Positions 12,440 to 26,744 of a stretch of DNA of 64,000 nt are shown here, one piece after another. The DNA lies in the NCBI GenBank assembly GCA_002633005.1, contig NMRA01000008.1, positions 143,279-207,278 on the forward strand, written 5' to 3'. A program made the translations under genes and the position numbers. Positions within the stretch are counted from its first letter, which is position 1. Each line of letters starts with the position of its first letter. The notes under the pieces were generated by a model, which was given only the letters and a program-made list of their open reading frames with translations, was not told where the DNA came from and made no database searches. This stretch comes from Phoronis australis. Lineage: Eukaryota > Animalia > Phoronida.

Positions 12440-12730
12440 ACTATTTACAAACAACTTTCAACAAATGTGAAGAAGATGCGTTTTGTATGAAATACTTTCA
12501 CCAAAAAACTTTGAATGGAGAAAAACGGTTGACATTTAGAGAAATTAGAATTAACTTTCACCTGTTGATTCCTTTGGGTGACTTTAAGCTCTGACCAGCT
12601 TAACCACAGTATTGCGTAACAACACAAAAGACTTGCTAGAAAAGTTAAATGGAGCGTGATTCTCGATTGGATTGTGATACTGGAAATTTCTTGATTTTTA
12701 CACTCCAGGAGAATGGTACCTAATGATAGT
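12440..12730 (-). repeat. Diverged inverted duplicate of 14810-15100
   Basis: ORFs 12445-12627(-) and 14912-15097(+) translate to similar strings (ELKVTQRNQQVKVNSNFS / ELTVTQTNQQVKVKSNFS). Confidence 0.8.
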
Positions 12731-13957
12731 ATGTCCAGCGAATTCTCCCTGAAGCCCTAAGTTTGTTTTACAATCAAAACAGTATTATATGCAATGCAAA
12801 CAGTTTGATTCTAGGGGTGTTTACTATTAATATCATAACAATGGCCACTAGATGGCGTAGAATACCTTGAACCCAACCGAAATTGGCAAGGTATCGTTGC
12901 GTCTCTTAATACAGTCATGAAAATCTGTTGAAAAATTCCAAAGATATACAGGCAATGGATGAAAAACAAATTGCCATAGGGAAGCACAGAGGTAGTTGAA
13001 TATGTGTGCGTGCCTGCGTAAACATATTTGAATATGTCAATTTCAACATGACATGGAAAATATATTGTCAGATGTCGTGCTGACAAGACTTAAAATGTTT
13101 GAAACTTGGCAGACATGATTTTAAAATTTTACAACCATGCTCAAGATGGAAAAGCGGCGGAATACCTGCATTTGGTCTACAAAAAAAACCTTTGATTAAA
13201 TCACCTTCCGAAGTTCCGCTATAAAATTAGCCCCACCTTTGGTTTGCTGAGATGAGGATAGAATAATCTGGATATGGAAATTCGCTAGTGCTTCAGTCTC
13301 ATAGTCGCATGCTAATAGGCTGGTTAGAATCTGTTTTGTTGATTACCTTATGACATTATCCAGGAATATGACAAGAAATCATGACATCGTACGCATTATT
13401 TTACATGGATTGTAAATGATTCATTTTTTGTTTGACATTCCATGACAATAACAGGAATATTCTATTATCCAGTACAACTGCAATAGAATATCATTTGCCC
13501 AGTGTTTGGTGAGCTAAATAGGTGATTTTATTATACATCACCAGGCTCAAATCGGAATTTCAGAAGTCACACGATCAATCAGAGAAAAGAAGAAAACCAA
13601 TAATATCAAGATCAATATATACAGTTACGTAGCTATCTTTAAAGGGCCATTTTTTTCTATAGTCCAAATGGAGGCTTCTGTCGAAACTAGTCAAAATTTT
13701 CCGACATGTGGACATTGATCATAAAAATGGGCACAATCGCTCACAAATGTTAATGCAAATTTGACACTGAATTCGCACCTTACATATTTGACCCTAGGGT
13801 GCCATAATACAGTCCTAAAATCTACAGCTTGTAAACTCCCTGAGTGCATAAAGTCAACAGCTCCCTGTGAAAATTCAAATGCGGAATTAAGTCACTTATC
13901 TAGTCAGATCGTTTTAGTTAAGACGTATAATCATGCTTCCAACCCGCCTACTGCCCT

Positions 13958-14080
13958 TTTATAAGCTGGGAATTTCTTTACTTTGTTTCAGGTAAACAAG
14001 GGGGCGGTCATGTGACACTTTATAAGCTGGGAATTTCTTTACTTTGTTTCAGGTACACTTAGGGGGCGATCATGTGACAC
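13958..14080. repeat. Tandem duplication of a ~61-bp unit
   Basis: TTTATAAGCTGGGAATTTCTTTACTTTGTTTCAGGTA..GGGGGCG.TCATGTGACAC occurs twice. Confidence 0.9.
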
Positions 14081-14809
14081 TGAAACTAATAATACATTTT
14101 ATCACACTACAACTTGAACTGCTCTGTGTCAATTTCTTAACCCCTACTGTTGGACATGGGACATTGCAAGGGGTGCCCGTTCCCCAAACATAGAAGTATA
14201 AAGTCTTGTTCCACCACTAAAAATGGCACCCCCAGCCGTCAGAGCTTTTTTCCATTGCATTCGACTAGGGAACCCAGACCTCGTGCTGCTCAAAATGTGT
14301 CTATCCTTGCAACAGTCAAGACTTTCCAACTATTGGTGTGGATAAACAATTCAACATAAGGTTATGTACAGAACAGACTAAAAGCATACTAACAAAATGA
14401 ATTCGCAGACATGGGTAGACACCAAATTCACCACCAGAGTGCTCTTCTGTCAGAATGATGGGGAATTAACAGAAAATCTAGCGAGTTGGCTAAGGCACTC
14501 AGAAATTAAAAATTTTGCCTCATTATAGCTTGTAAAAGACCTTGTTGCTGTCAAATGAATAGGTTGTAGCTGTCGTGACAGGGAAATAGTATTCTGTATA
14601 TTTACTTTTGTCTTGCACCTTAGGATCGATCCCAGGAGTATTTCTAAATTTGGCTAACATCAGAACGTTATAACTCATCACTGATCAGATTCACGTGAAA
14701 CTTTCAGCAGCAGTCACACTAGTGATACCGCTGCTTAGCTATGATAGTATTTCTCTTTATTAATTTACTAAAACGACGAGGTCATCTGACCCAATTAATT
14801 ATAGTTTGG

Positions 14810-15100
14810 TAATGTTGCGCACCATTTACCTGGACCGTTAAAATCACGAAACATGCAACATCAGGATCTGATCTAGAATCACCATCGATTAAACTTGACA
14901 AACAATCCTAAGTGTGTTGGTACACAATGCCAGAGCTTACTGTCACACAAACGAATCAGCAGGTGAAAGTTAAGTCTAATTTCTCTGAAAGTCAATTGTT
15001 TTTATCCATTCAAAGTTTTTTGGTGACTGTACTTCATAACAAACACATCTTCTTCACAACATTTGATGAATGTCGTTTGGAAATAGTATTTTTTTAAATA
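14810..15100 (+). repeat. Diverged inverted duplicate of 12440-12730
   Basis: Same similarity as the partner copy, extending to accatt..cctgga..taaaatca.gaaa. Confidence 0.8.
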
Positions 15101-15369
15101 TCTTACCGGATGAATGCAGACAATGAGAGCGCAGAACTATGGAAGCATTGGTTTGCTATCGCTATCAAACTGATAACCACATGGCCATAACCCGAGTTCC
15201 TGATCAGCGAAATCTGGGAAACTCACCCCACAGTGCGGGAGCATAACGAAAAGTCAAAAATCAAATTCTACAAACTTTCTACTTTAAAAAAGTATTTTTA
15301 TTGAGTTAAAATCCAGTTTTGTAAATATTTGGCTAAACATAACCTTAAAACACTCCCATTTCATAAAAT

Positions 15370-16380
15370 GCACAACCCAAATAGTAGCAATCACCGGCAC
15401 GAGCAACGCAAAGTGCTCATCCATGACTGCACCAAAAACTGTATGCTTCTTGAAGTGTTTATAATTTTTTCATAAACATGGCCACTAGATGGCGCAGAAT
15501 ATGTCATATCCTTCTGAAAAATGTGAGACGTCGCCTTCCATATAGAAAAAGTACACCAAAAAACTCTAAACAAGCAAACATACAAAAATCAAATGGCCAT
15601 TATGTGGTTACTTGTATCCATCCAAAAGAAGTCACCATCTGCTGCCAAGTGCATGGGAGTAAACTTACCAAATTTTTCAAAGACCTGCAAGGGATTGAGG
15701 ACGTACAGCTGCAGACACAAAAGAGCTACTATGCCACATCACAGTTAAGTTGGACAAGTCCGAAAATCAAGGTAACTTGGACTCTTCTAAGTAAGAACAT
15801 ATCAGCCAAGTTCCACAAAGATCCCCAGAGCAGTTTGGTGGATACAGGAAGGGACAATAAAAACAGACTTGAAGATAACGAACAATGACAGTGTGGCCTA
15901 GTGGAATAGGTGTCTGCTTCCTTTACTCAGTGTAATAGGCCTGACCTCGGTACAACATCTATCAGAAAGCCTGCAATTATTTTTTTTAATAACAATGGCC
16001 ACTAGGTGGGGCAAAATGTGTCCCAACAGTTCGAAAGTCGAAAGATGCTGTAGCCTCCATAACATAAACCTATCTGCCAAATTTTATGGGAAAATCGTGA
16101 CGAAGCTTTGAAAATTCAGAAGCAAACGTCACAAAAATTGCTACTGCATGGGGAGCACAGCAGTTGTCAGAAACAAACACAAACATTTTTAAATGGCCAC
16201 TTGGTGGCGCAGTCTATGTCAAATCTGTCCAAACACAGGGAAAGCGTGGTCGCCTCCTTAATAGAAACCTATTTGCTAAATTTTCTGAAAATCCATTAAG
16301 GAAGCCTAAAGATGCAGAAGCAAACATAAAAAATGCAATTGCCACTAGGGGGCAGAGCAGTACTTGGGGTCAATCTTAAA
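15370..16380. repeat. Diverged repeat with GCCACTAG(G/A)(T/G)GGC motifs, related to the Helentron-like family
   Basis: Motifs at 15481, 15998, 16196 and 16341, in contexts similar to the 31.8-33.1 kb and 40.5-41.9 kb copies. Confidence 0.55.
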
Positions 16381-16387
16381 AGTTTTA

Positions 16388-17850
16388 CCGTATTCGCCCA
16401 AATAAGTGCCCAGGCCGCTTAGAAAACTTCGCTTCACCAAGGGGGGGCACTTATTATAGCCCAAAAGTGGTTGAAAACCGGTCTCCGAAATAGGTAAAAT
16501 CGTATCCTAGAATTCATCAAATTTACGATCTGTGACACATCTGTAACCTATGACAGAGTTTCTCCAAAATTGCAGTGCATTGCTATCAAGGTCTGTTGTA
16601 AATTACGAGCATTTTTCAGAAAATCCCTGATGCATCACTGCCTTGCGATCGCCGATAGGTCAACTTGAATTCTTGAGTAAAAATATAGTTTCGACTCAAC
16701 TAATTACCTGAAGTCCATAAGTTTTCAAAATAGCGTTCCTGTGGAGTCGGGATTAACTGCATATTAAGTCCAAATCTGCGCTAGATCGTACTTTGCAACA
16801 AGAGAAAAATCTCTGGACGAACACACGTGTCACATGATGTTTGTTTTGAAGTTTGTCTGTGTATTGTGTGAGTGAGCAAGCATGTGCGTGTCATCAGAGT
16901 TCATTTCCCTGAGAGTAAATGCGATGTAACGATCTAGGTGTGTATTATACCTAAAGAAATTAACAGAAGCAGTAAAGCAGAACGTGTTTTATTTAGCACT
17001 TGTTGACCTCATTTGCTAAAAAACGTTCGAGAATTGTCTCGGCCAGTAAGGCCAATGTCATTGAGTTGCCGGGTGACTAGATGCGTGACAGTCTAACAGT
17101 TATTTTTCGGGAGATTTGGGGGGTGTAAGGGTGTGGATGTTTTCACTATCAGTGGGTCACTTTTACTTTAAAAACACCAACTACAACAAATTTAATAATT
17201 CCCCCTTAAAAATAACGCAAACGTTTTTACGGTGTTACAAACTTTCGGAAATAAGTGCCAGTATTTATTTCTTGTCGATGCTATGCTACCCGTTTCATGA
17301 ATGGATAGTTCCCGAAGACTAATCTTCAATGACAGGTGCTTGAATGTAGGGTGTGCTTCCTTGCCACGTGCTTTTAACTGAAAAAGGTTAAGTTTTTATT
17401 ACTCTTCGATTCATGGTTTTCACGTGTAGAAAGAAATTTGGATTCCTGTTGAGGAAGATCTGTACGGGAAAGACACAATACAATCTCTTTGACAAGTACG
17501 CTGCGTTTCTTCTGAAAGGCCAGTCCATAATTGGACATATTTCCTCGCAAGATCAGCAAAACTTGCATTCTTTTTGAAGCACAGTGGAAGTTTGACGTGT
17601 GTAGTCATGGCTAAATACCGACATAACCGGCGGCGAGGCTCGTGGTCTACAAATTCCGCGCACGGTGATTTTTTCAGGACTGCTGGATCTTATTGATAAA
17701 CTGAAGACGTTACTGTAGATTTTTAGAGCTGTAGGTAAGACATTTCTCGCTTGTGCACGGAGTTCATGGACTGGGCGCTTATTTTAGCAAAGTCTGAAAA
17801 CGCTTGGGGAGCGCTTATAGGGGCGTGGGCGCTTATTAGGGCGAGTACGG
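16388..17850 (+). mobile_element. TA-flanked TIR element carrying a decayed HIRAN-like ORF
   Basis: TA|CCGTATTCGCCC..ATAAG...CTTATTAGGGCGAGTACGG|TA. Internal ~17395-17718 reads IHGFHV*KEIWIP..NLFDKYAA..IIGHI.RKISKTC..FLKHSGSLTCVV..RGLQIP..IFSG..IDKLKTLL. Confidence 0.75.
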
Positions 17851-19490
17851 TAATGCATGGATCGAGGGGAAGTGTAAAAGGCAAGGACTAAATTTTTTGG
17901 ATATCTTGTTTTGAGTAATGCTGCAACAAATTTTAATAATTGTCTGTTTTTTTTGCAATACTTCTGTAACAAAATATTTTTGATTTTTTCTTTTGCAATT
18001 TTATTGTAATCTAAGCAAATTTTATTGTTGCAGCCAACCAATCGCTGATGACCTTGACTAATTTTGCTGGATAAAATAATGCATATTGAATTAAAACTCA
18101 GAATTTGAAAATCTTTTAATTTATATTTTGCCTTTAGCATCTGCCACGATAAAAGCTTATGTTTAGCATCAAGAAAGACATTGATGAAACATAGCGCATA
18201 AGATGTCTTTATTCTCTCACAAACACAACCAGACTAAGTGCAAAATACATTTATGCAGCAACACCACATCAGGTTTCATGAAAATCACGCATCTGTAGCA
18301 TGCAACACAAATCGTGAGGAAGTTTAAAAACACAAAAAATATCTTGAATTTCATAATGACCAGTTTCCGCACAATGAAGACAGGGAGTGGTTTAAATGGC
18401 ATCGCAGTAGTTATGAACTTCCGATATCTCACAAGTTGGAAAAAGTGTTCCAAGAAATTCTTCGGCATTCAAATAAAGATTTTGAACATTGTGAAGAAAT
18501 TGTTATGTACACGAAATGTAAAGTCAGTTTTTATACCCTGCAGATTTATGTATTGTTTGCAAATGCGTCTTTCAGTAAATAGGCAAGTTAAGCATTAACA
18601 TAGTTTACTTTATAAACAAAAAATTTCAAAGCATGTAACCAAACAGTAGCTGCAGCATTATTTCTTTAGTAAAAGACTAAGAGCTCTGACACTTATTCAG
18701 AAAAACACATGAATACTGAAAGTGGTGACTTTCAAGGAAGCACAATTGTGCAGGATGTTTTTCGTGTTTTCTAAGGATAAAAAACTTAAACACTCAGCAA
18801 CAAATTCGATCTTGGTAACAAGTGAGTGATCTGTTTTCCAGAGTTTGTTTGAAGTTAACGTATTAATGCAATTTTTCATTTCTAATTTATATTTATTTAG
18901 CAAAAATCTTTCCTAACATAAAAAGCTGTTTCATCATAACCTGCTTTCCACACGATTCAATGATCCGCGTCCTGTGTGAAAAAACGTAAAAAGGCCTGGC
19001 CATAGCTATAAATGCTTAGTGCTTAAATTGAGCCGGAACAGAAATTGACCACAGCCCATTAAAAATGAATAAAAGCCATGTGGTCAGTTATGAAGAGGCT
19101 AATTCTGCAAGTGTGCAACATTTAGCTCCTGGACTGCTAACAGTCTCTGTGCTCTTCTAGCAAGCTTGCTCCTTGGTGTGCGCTGCTTTCGATTGCTTTG
19201 GGTTTGAACAAGAGGATTATGGGAAAAAATATCATTCTACTGCGCAACTGAGCACAAGCACCTAACTGTGGAGCTGCGTCTTATGGCGGAAGTTAGAAGC
19301 AACCTCCAATATGTGGGACTTGCGTGCTTAGGAAAATCAAGGCTAAAGGCCTTTTTGAAAATAAAGCTATGAGTTTTAAAACTGGATAATTACTTGGCGA
19401 AATAGATTTCGCCAAGTATGTTGCTCTTCCACTAAGTTTGTTACTTGGCGAAATCAATTTCGCCAAGTATATTGCTCTGACACTATGTTT

Positions 19491-19805
<315 letters not shown>

Positions 19806-19957
19806 TACTACCTTAACACGGGCAATACTACCTTAACACGGGCAATACTACCTTAACACGGGCAATTATTACTACCTTAACACGGGCAATACTACCTTAA
19901 CACGGGCAATACTACCTTAACACGGGCAATTATTACTACCTTAACACGGGCAATACT
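19806..19957. repeat. Minisatellite, 20-bp unit TACTACCTTAACACGGGCAA
   Basis: About 7 copies, two with a TTAT insertion. Abuts the gap. Confidence 0.95.
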
Positions 19958-22900
19958 GCAATGGGGAGGCCTACCCACTTTAATACAAGACAACATAAAC
20001 ATTCATCAAATCATACCTCTACGCGATCACTCAAATCCTACCTTTACGGCTTCGACAATAAGGCTTGCAATGTGAATTTTCAGCACTGTAACCATGACGA
20101 CAGGATGGGAAATGTGATTGAAATTGCCAACTATGATGGAAGTCGCTGTAAATGCCATTACTTGCTGTAGAAACTGCACGACTCTCTTCATAACCCCAAT
20201 GACTCTCAGTTTTTATTTTTTGCCAATAAGCCATAATGTTACTTCTCGAACGAACAGAGATGACAAACCTCTTTTTGGCATGCTGTCTGCTTTTATAAGA
20301 GCCATTACATCCAAGCCTTCCATCTTTCCAATCAGGTGAATAGTTTCAGGTCACATGACAAGCATGGGTGGGTGTGACACTTCCAAATATGGTCACACAA
20401 TGATTAGCTAGCATGGGTAAATGTATATTTATACACATCATTGTCAAAATGGCTGGATAAACACTTCAAATGAAAAATCTGATTACTTTTTAAACAAAGA
20501 GGAAAAGCTCATGTTTAAGCTTTGTTGAATTAAGTCTCACGTGTGACAATGATTGACAGAATATTTTCCAGGAAATTCTAGACCCACAGTTCTTAGCGAG
20601 AAATTTTCCGGGAAGTTTTGAAAACATGGTACCTCCCGGGAACAAAGCAGATATCTAAACAATAAGTGATCAAAACAACACTTGGGACTTATTACGGTTT
20701 ATCTGTTCTGTGCACCCGATAATGGAAATACGCACAGTCAAGGCTTTTGATTCGATGCAAATCTAATTATTGTATACCTAATAAACATAAACAACCAATG
20801 CAATGTCTTGCAAGTTTTTTGACAAGATGTTTTTTCAATTGTTGAGTTGCCAAATTTGGACTACGAACAAAAGGGAGTTAGACTAATCATAATTTTGCAT
20901 CATCAATGACTTCAATGACAACCACACTGTAGATCAGTCCTAAGAAGACACCTCTGCAAGAAGAATTCATATGAAGCAGTTAAGGTTAATGTAACGAACA
21001 ACACTTAATGGCAGGAGTATCTGGAGCAATATGAAATGAGGCTTTTTATAGAGGTTCTTTACAAACAGGTCACTTTTTGGAGACCATTTCCCCCATGGGA
21101 TGGGTCAATAATAGTCATGTAAACCCTGCCCCCCTCAGTTCTAAACTACATAAGATAAGTCCTTTCAATATTCCCTTTTATTCAAATATTTTTTCCAAAA
21201 ACATACCAAAATTCATATTGTCCTCAGCTGTTCTCTAATAAGGGGTACAACCGATTCAAATAGTCTGTCTTAAATCCCAGATAGGCATATATGCAAACTG
21301 GTTCTCCATAGAAAATAGGGGACCATCAACGCAGACATGTAAGTCGCAAATCACAGACGTGAACATTGAAGCAGGCAGGACTTTGATCGTGTGATATCAC
21401 ATCAGCTGCTGATTTTTACAGTTTTGCTGACGTACATCAGCATACGCTTGAGAGAAAACGTGAATTACAAAATATGTATTTGCAAACACTAATAATAACA
21501 TTAAAAGTGAAAGCAACAGTGTTAATAATAATAATAATAATAACTGTCATAATCACTTCTAAATAACTACACACAATATAAAATCTGAATTAGTCAAAGA
21601 CAAATACAGAAAACACCTGCATCAATCAAGGCCTGATTTACAGCTAATAACGCAACGGTTACCACTAATACATGAGTAGCACAATGTCAAGTGACAAAAA
21701 ATCAAATACTTTTTACCTGTTGAGGTGACCACAAACTGTGACAATGAATGGCACTTTTGTCTATTTTCAGTTTCCGATCATACAAATAATAAATACCTAA
21801 TGGAGAAAAGTGCGCACATGTGAAACAGGAAATTAGATGGGCTGAATGTATGCAAATAAGGACAACTGTTATGAAACAGGAAGTTATCGTAATGGGCTGA
21901 ATCACTCACGGGAGTGAGGATTTTTCCCACAAACACCATGAAAGGTTTTGCTGTTTGAATACCTTTCTATACTCAGTGCTTTGCAAGCAATTCCAGTTTG
22001 TTATTGTGACCATTGTAAAAATTATTCCTACTGGAAAAGATATTCGACACAACCGCACTTGCCTCGTTGTTACCTTTATTACGCGATTGACTAAACACGC
22101 AAAAATGATAAATGTCAGAGATAGGCTATTCAACCCTGTCAAACAATAGTTTTAGTTTTATATTTGCTCGGGATTGATAAATTATAGTCACAAACAGCCT
22201 CTACTGCTGTGATTAAATCAACTTCAAACTGGAAAAAATAAAAATTTGCTGAGGCAAAATTAGCAAAAAAGTAAATATGGCAAATTAAAAGCTCTCACTC
22301 ACTGCATTCCAAAACATCTAAAATTAATCATAGGCAAAAACCAAGATTGTTAAATTGATGCTACACTTTTTAACTTGAATTAATTTTAACGTGGCTTCAA
22401 GCAACAGCATGTTACCACAATAAAACTGTCACACAAAGTCATAAATTGACTGGAAATCTATAACTGAATGATACATAAAACAATCTTAAGACATTTTCAT
22501 GAAGGGCAGTATTCCATTTAAACCTTATGTTTAATAAAGCTAGAATTTTCCTTCATAAATTTGGTGCATAAAAGTTTCATAACTAGATCGTCCAACACGA
22601 GTTATCCTAGAATACATCAGCTATCTGATGGCTTGCACACTTCTGACTTAACTAGGGTGCAGTCAGTGTTTACAAACTGCTTTCTAGGAATATTTACGAC
22701 AGCAATCCAGATTAAGGTTTGAAATATTACTAACTTTGATGAGGGTTTAATGAATTTCTCACACTTAGCATTTCATCCTACAGGTGTTAAATCACCTTTA
22801 AGGTTTGTAAACAGTATCAATTAGGAGATGGAGCTTCCTGTGTGGGACCGGGAATGTTTCTGCGTATTAGAGCCTTTTCAGGAAGACAGATGCTCCTGAT

Positions 22901-24377
22901 AACAATGGGAATTCCCAACATGTTGAACTTTTAGAACTCGCAGTTGGACACGCCTTTCCGCCTAATTATTTAAATTTTGGTCATCACTTTCAAGGTTCTG
23001 CAAACTCCATTTTAAGTCCCTGATGGTACCCCAAACCTCTCAAGGTATCACAATTAAGACATTATCGAGAATTTCCATTATTTTTTCATTTTTGCATTCA
23101 CGTGTAGACAAGCTGGTAGCAATTTTATGGACTCTTAGTGACAGCAAGGATGGATGCTAAGGCGAGTATCAGGCTTTTATCCAGGATTTCGAAAATAGGG
23201 TGTCCAAAATAGGGTTCCCAATATTCCAAGGTATCTATGATTCCGACGCGTAACCCCTCCACCCCCAACAATAACTGAAAACACACAGATTTGTTTACAA
23301 AAAATGCATAAACCAAGATTTTTACATCTAAGTTTACAAAACAGCCTTTTGTAGTGAGCTTTTTTACTAAAAAATGTAGACCAAGACTTTTACAAAATGC
23401 TATGAACCAAGTGTGAGCATAGCAACATTGTATATACTTTGTACACTGTATATTTCTTTCTGCTTTGAAAAAGAGCCCCCACTGTGAGCCTTCAGAGGCT
23501 TCCTAGTATTCATTACAATGTGTGAGTCCAAACTTGAAAGGTTCCTATTGACAGTGGGCTCCAAATGATACATTGGGGGTCCTTGCCAGGGCGTCCAGAT
23601 CAGTGCTAGGACCTACGCTGTATAAAGGCCTGGCGAGTATACCTTCAGGCAAAGTACTAGACACAACGGGAATTCATGACCTTCAGTGCTTTATAGAATG
23701 CACCAGTAATCTGGTTGGTATTAAAATAGTTGCGTCAGATGCACATGATATATGCCACTCAAATTAGTGGTTTTTTCGTGAGTTTCTCAGGAAAAGATGG
23801 TCTTTTGCACAAAGTTCCTTGTGATATGGTTTACTTTTTGCAACGGAACTCTGCTTCATGTCATACTAGAGATTGTTTAGCTAGGAAGGCTACTTTCAAA
23901 TACTTCATTCAAGTTTTTAACATGGCGTAAGACATACATGTAGTACTCTCTAAAAGAGTGCTTATTCTAAATTCTTGGAGGCAACCCCCTCAAAATGGAG
24001 TAATTCCGAAGCAATATCCAGTATCAAGTTTTTCATAACATAAAGGACAGGTAAGCATAGGATTACACTAACTAACCAATGTAAACAGCAACTGGATAAA
24101 TGGGATAGGTGTACAGGTGTACAAGATAACAGAATGGTCACACGTGTACAAGATAACAGAATGGTCACACAAGAAACAGTGGTAAGTGAATGACTTGGAT
24201 AGTTTACAAACAGTCCCATCACACCAACATTTTGAGAGGATGCCACCTCAAACTCTACTCAGTGGCCTCCATTCTAACTCGGATATCAAAAAACAGGCTT
24301 TGTCAACAAGTAAAAGTATATATTTTCTGAAAGAAAAAAGATCAGAGATTATAAAAGTATACTCTAAATTGATGTGC

Positions 24378-24436
<59 letters not shown>
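24378..24436. repeat. (ATT)n microsatellite
   Basis: Directly visible. Confidence 0.95.
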
Positions 24437-24437
<1 letters not shown>

Positions 24438-26744
24438 ATTAACCCCGCTTTTAAGTAGAATTTTCATTTTCAAGAAAGGTACATTCATAGCAAAATAATG
24501 ACTCGGTCGAATTTTGATGAAAACTTTTCTAAATGAAAACTTCACCAGTTACCTCAAAAACCTTGTTAGGAATTTTCGATTAGTCTCTTAGTTTGGTTTC
24601 CATGACAAATCAACTCACAAAACATAAGGTACTTTTGTAAAAAATAGCAGTTGTATTTGTCTTTGTTACATTACATAAAAACTAGGTCTTTATATCAAGA
24701 ATCCCAACAGCATTTTAGACTGATGCATAAATATTAAATTTGGAAAGCTTCATCAAAATCCACTAAGCCATCTTCGAGAACTCCTGTTCCTTAATTCAAA
24801 TTAAGTCGATTTGCTGACGCCGTGACAAAAGCCGACTGAGTTGGGATATGTGAAAATCCAGTGAAAATCTCAAGGTTTTCCGTTAATTATTTGGTGAAAA
24901 CACGTTTTCGGTCAATATAATCTATACATGCCTTATAGTCTATTAACCAAGTTTTTATTTCAACACTCACTCACAACCTCAAATGAATAATTATCGGCTA
25001 AAGTAGGTCAACACTTCAACATGAGACTCACTGATACGAAAGTACATTACGTCGTTTTCTCGTTGCTCCCAACGTGTTCGATTCTATAGGACAACAACAA
25101 GTTGGGAAGTTTACCCTGTAGCCAATATCTTACACTACTGATTAACTCCATTCTGGCATTTATGGTTGGAAGGCCAGCTCTCTTTAAGTGTGGCGATAAT
25201 TGCTCTAATCTCCAATAAGATCCTATCTACCTTGAATAGTCTGTGCTGTTACAAATAATAAAAGTTAAGTTATAACATATCTGAACATAAACCAATAGCA
25301 TTTTTTGAAATTTTCATCAAATGGTGATCATGTTTAGCTTTTGAATCGTCAAAATAGCCCAATTGCAACTGAAATTATGACAATCTATTCTTTTCAAATA
25401 CACCAATTCACTCTGAGTTTGACTGTGTTCACACATGGTCTGTAATAAGCCTGGTAAATAATTGGCCTGCTTGTTGTTGTAACAGACAAAAGAGTGTTCT
25501 TGGCAGTTAATAAAGAAGCTATGTTATCACACGCTCAGAACCCCCTACGCCTGGTAAAGTCACTGAACAGGAAAACGCTGTCATGAAGTACGAAATGAAT
25601 AACAGAAATCAAGTTGGCGGTTAACGTATAGCGTGAGCGAGATCAACACAGCTAAATGTCAAATTACCTATCCAATTAACGAATTTGGGTGTAGATTTGT
25701 TTCTCTTCACAATTTGCTGTGTTCATGAACACAAAGTCACAGAGGCGTGAGGTGACTCGGAGCATTCATTCTCAAAGGTCGTATGCATGCAGATGCATAA
25801 CTCCATAAGGTTCAAAACTAGGTTTCGTCTTCGTTTTCCCAGTCATCTTTCTATATGTACACCTCGTCGACACAATTATGGCGACTGGATGAATCATGAA
25901 AGGACTGAAGGTACATACAAAGCTGTTCCATGCCTAGCGAGAGATTAAATTTGAGTGACAGCCCTGTATCCTTTGACCTTGGATAACTAGTGAACAAATT
26001 TCCATGCCATTGTGCGGTTCCAAGGTGGTTCTGCTTTTTTTCGTGCTACACAGTATATATTTCGTATCTGAAGTTCCCCGAGAATGAAGATAACGTGTCT
26101 TACCGGTACAAGACACAGCTGAAATAGTGCAAAATCTGCCAATTTTTGTGAATAATGTTTGAAATATCCTTCATTGTTTAGGATGCATCAAATTTACCAC
26201 TTTAGATATTTCTTTGGGAGAGAATATACCTTCTTGTATGATCATGACTATGATTACTAATCTGACAGACTGCATTAAACTTTGTGGTAGAGCAACTCAA
26301 CTATCATATCACTGACAAATACACTCAACAACGAACTGACGGTTATCCATTTCTCAACTTCGATGCTCTGGAGATGAACGGGTAAAATAATTAAAAATGA
26401 CCAAATTCCAATATAATTCCATGCATAAGAGTTACTTATAGATGCTAAGAGAGTTTGACAAATACACATTTTTCGTAACCAAAACACAAAGACAATTTCA
26501 CAAATTTTATCTCTACAGTGTAGATGTATTATCGTTTTTATCCAAAAGTTAGGCGTCACATTTCAACAGGCCTGACTAGCTACAGACCATGAATGAATTT
26601 GGTCAATGACTGAACTTTAAAGTGGCAATATCTTTCCATGAAATGTGCCATAATGAATCAAAAGTGAAAACGGCAATACATCCTGTATTAGATTATTACT
26701 TAAGGAGAGCATAGGATACATCCTGTATCAAATAACGAGGACGA

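Noticed and set aside
19806-19957. CRISPR-like array
   Set aside because: Head-to-tail 20-bp repeats without unique spacers, in eukaryotic DNA with no cas genes.
20031-26560. Short ORFs and exon-like segments as an additional gene
   Set aside because: No consistent phase chain or recognisable domain could be assembled.
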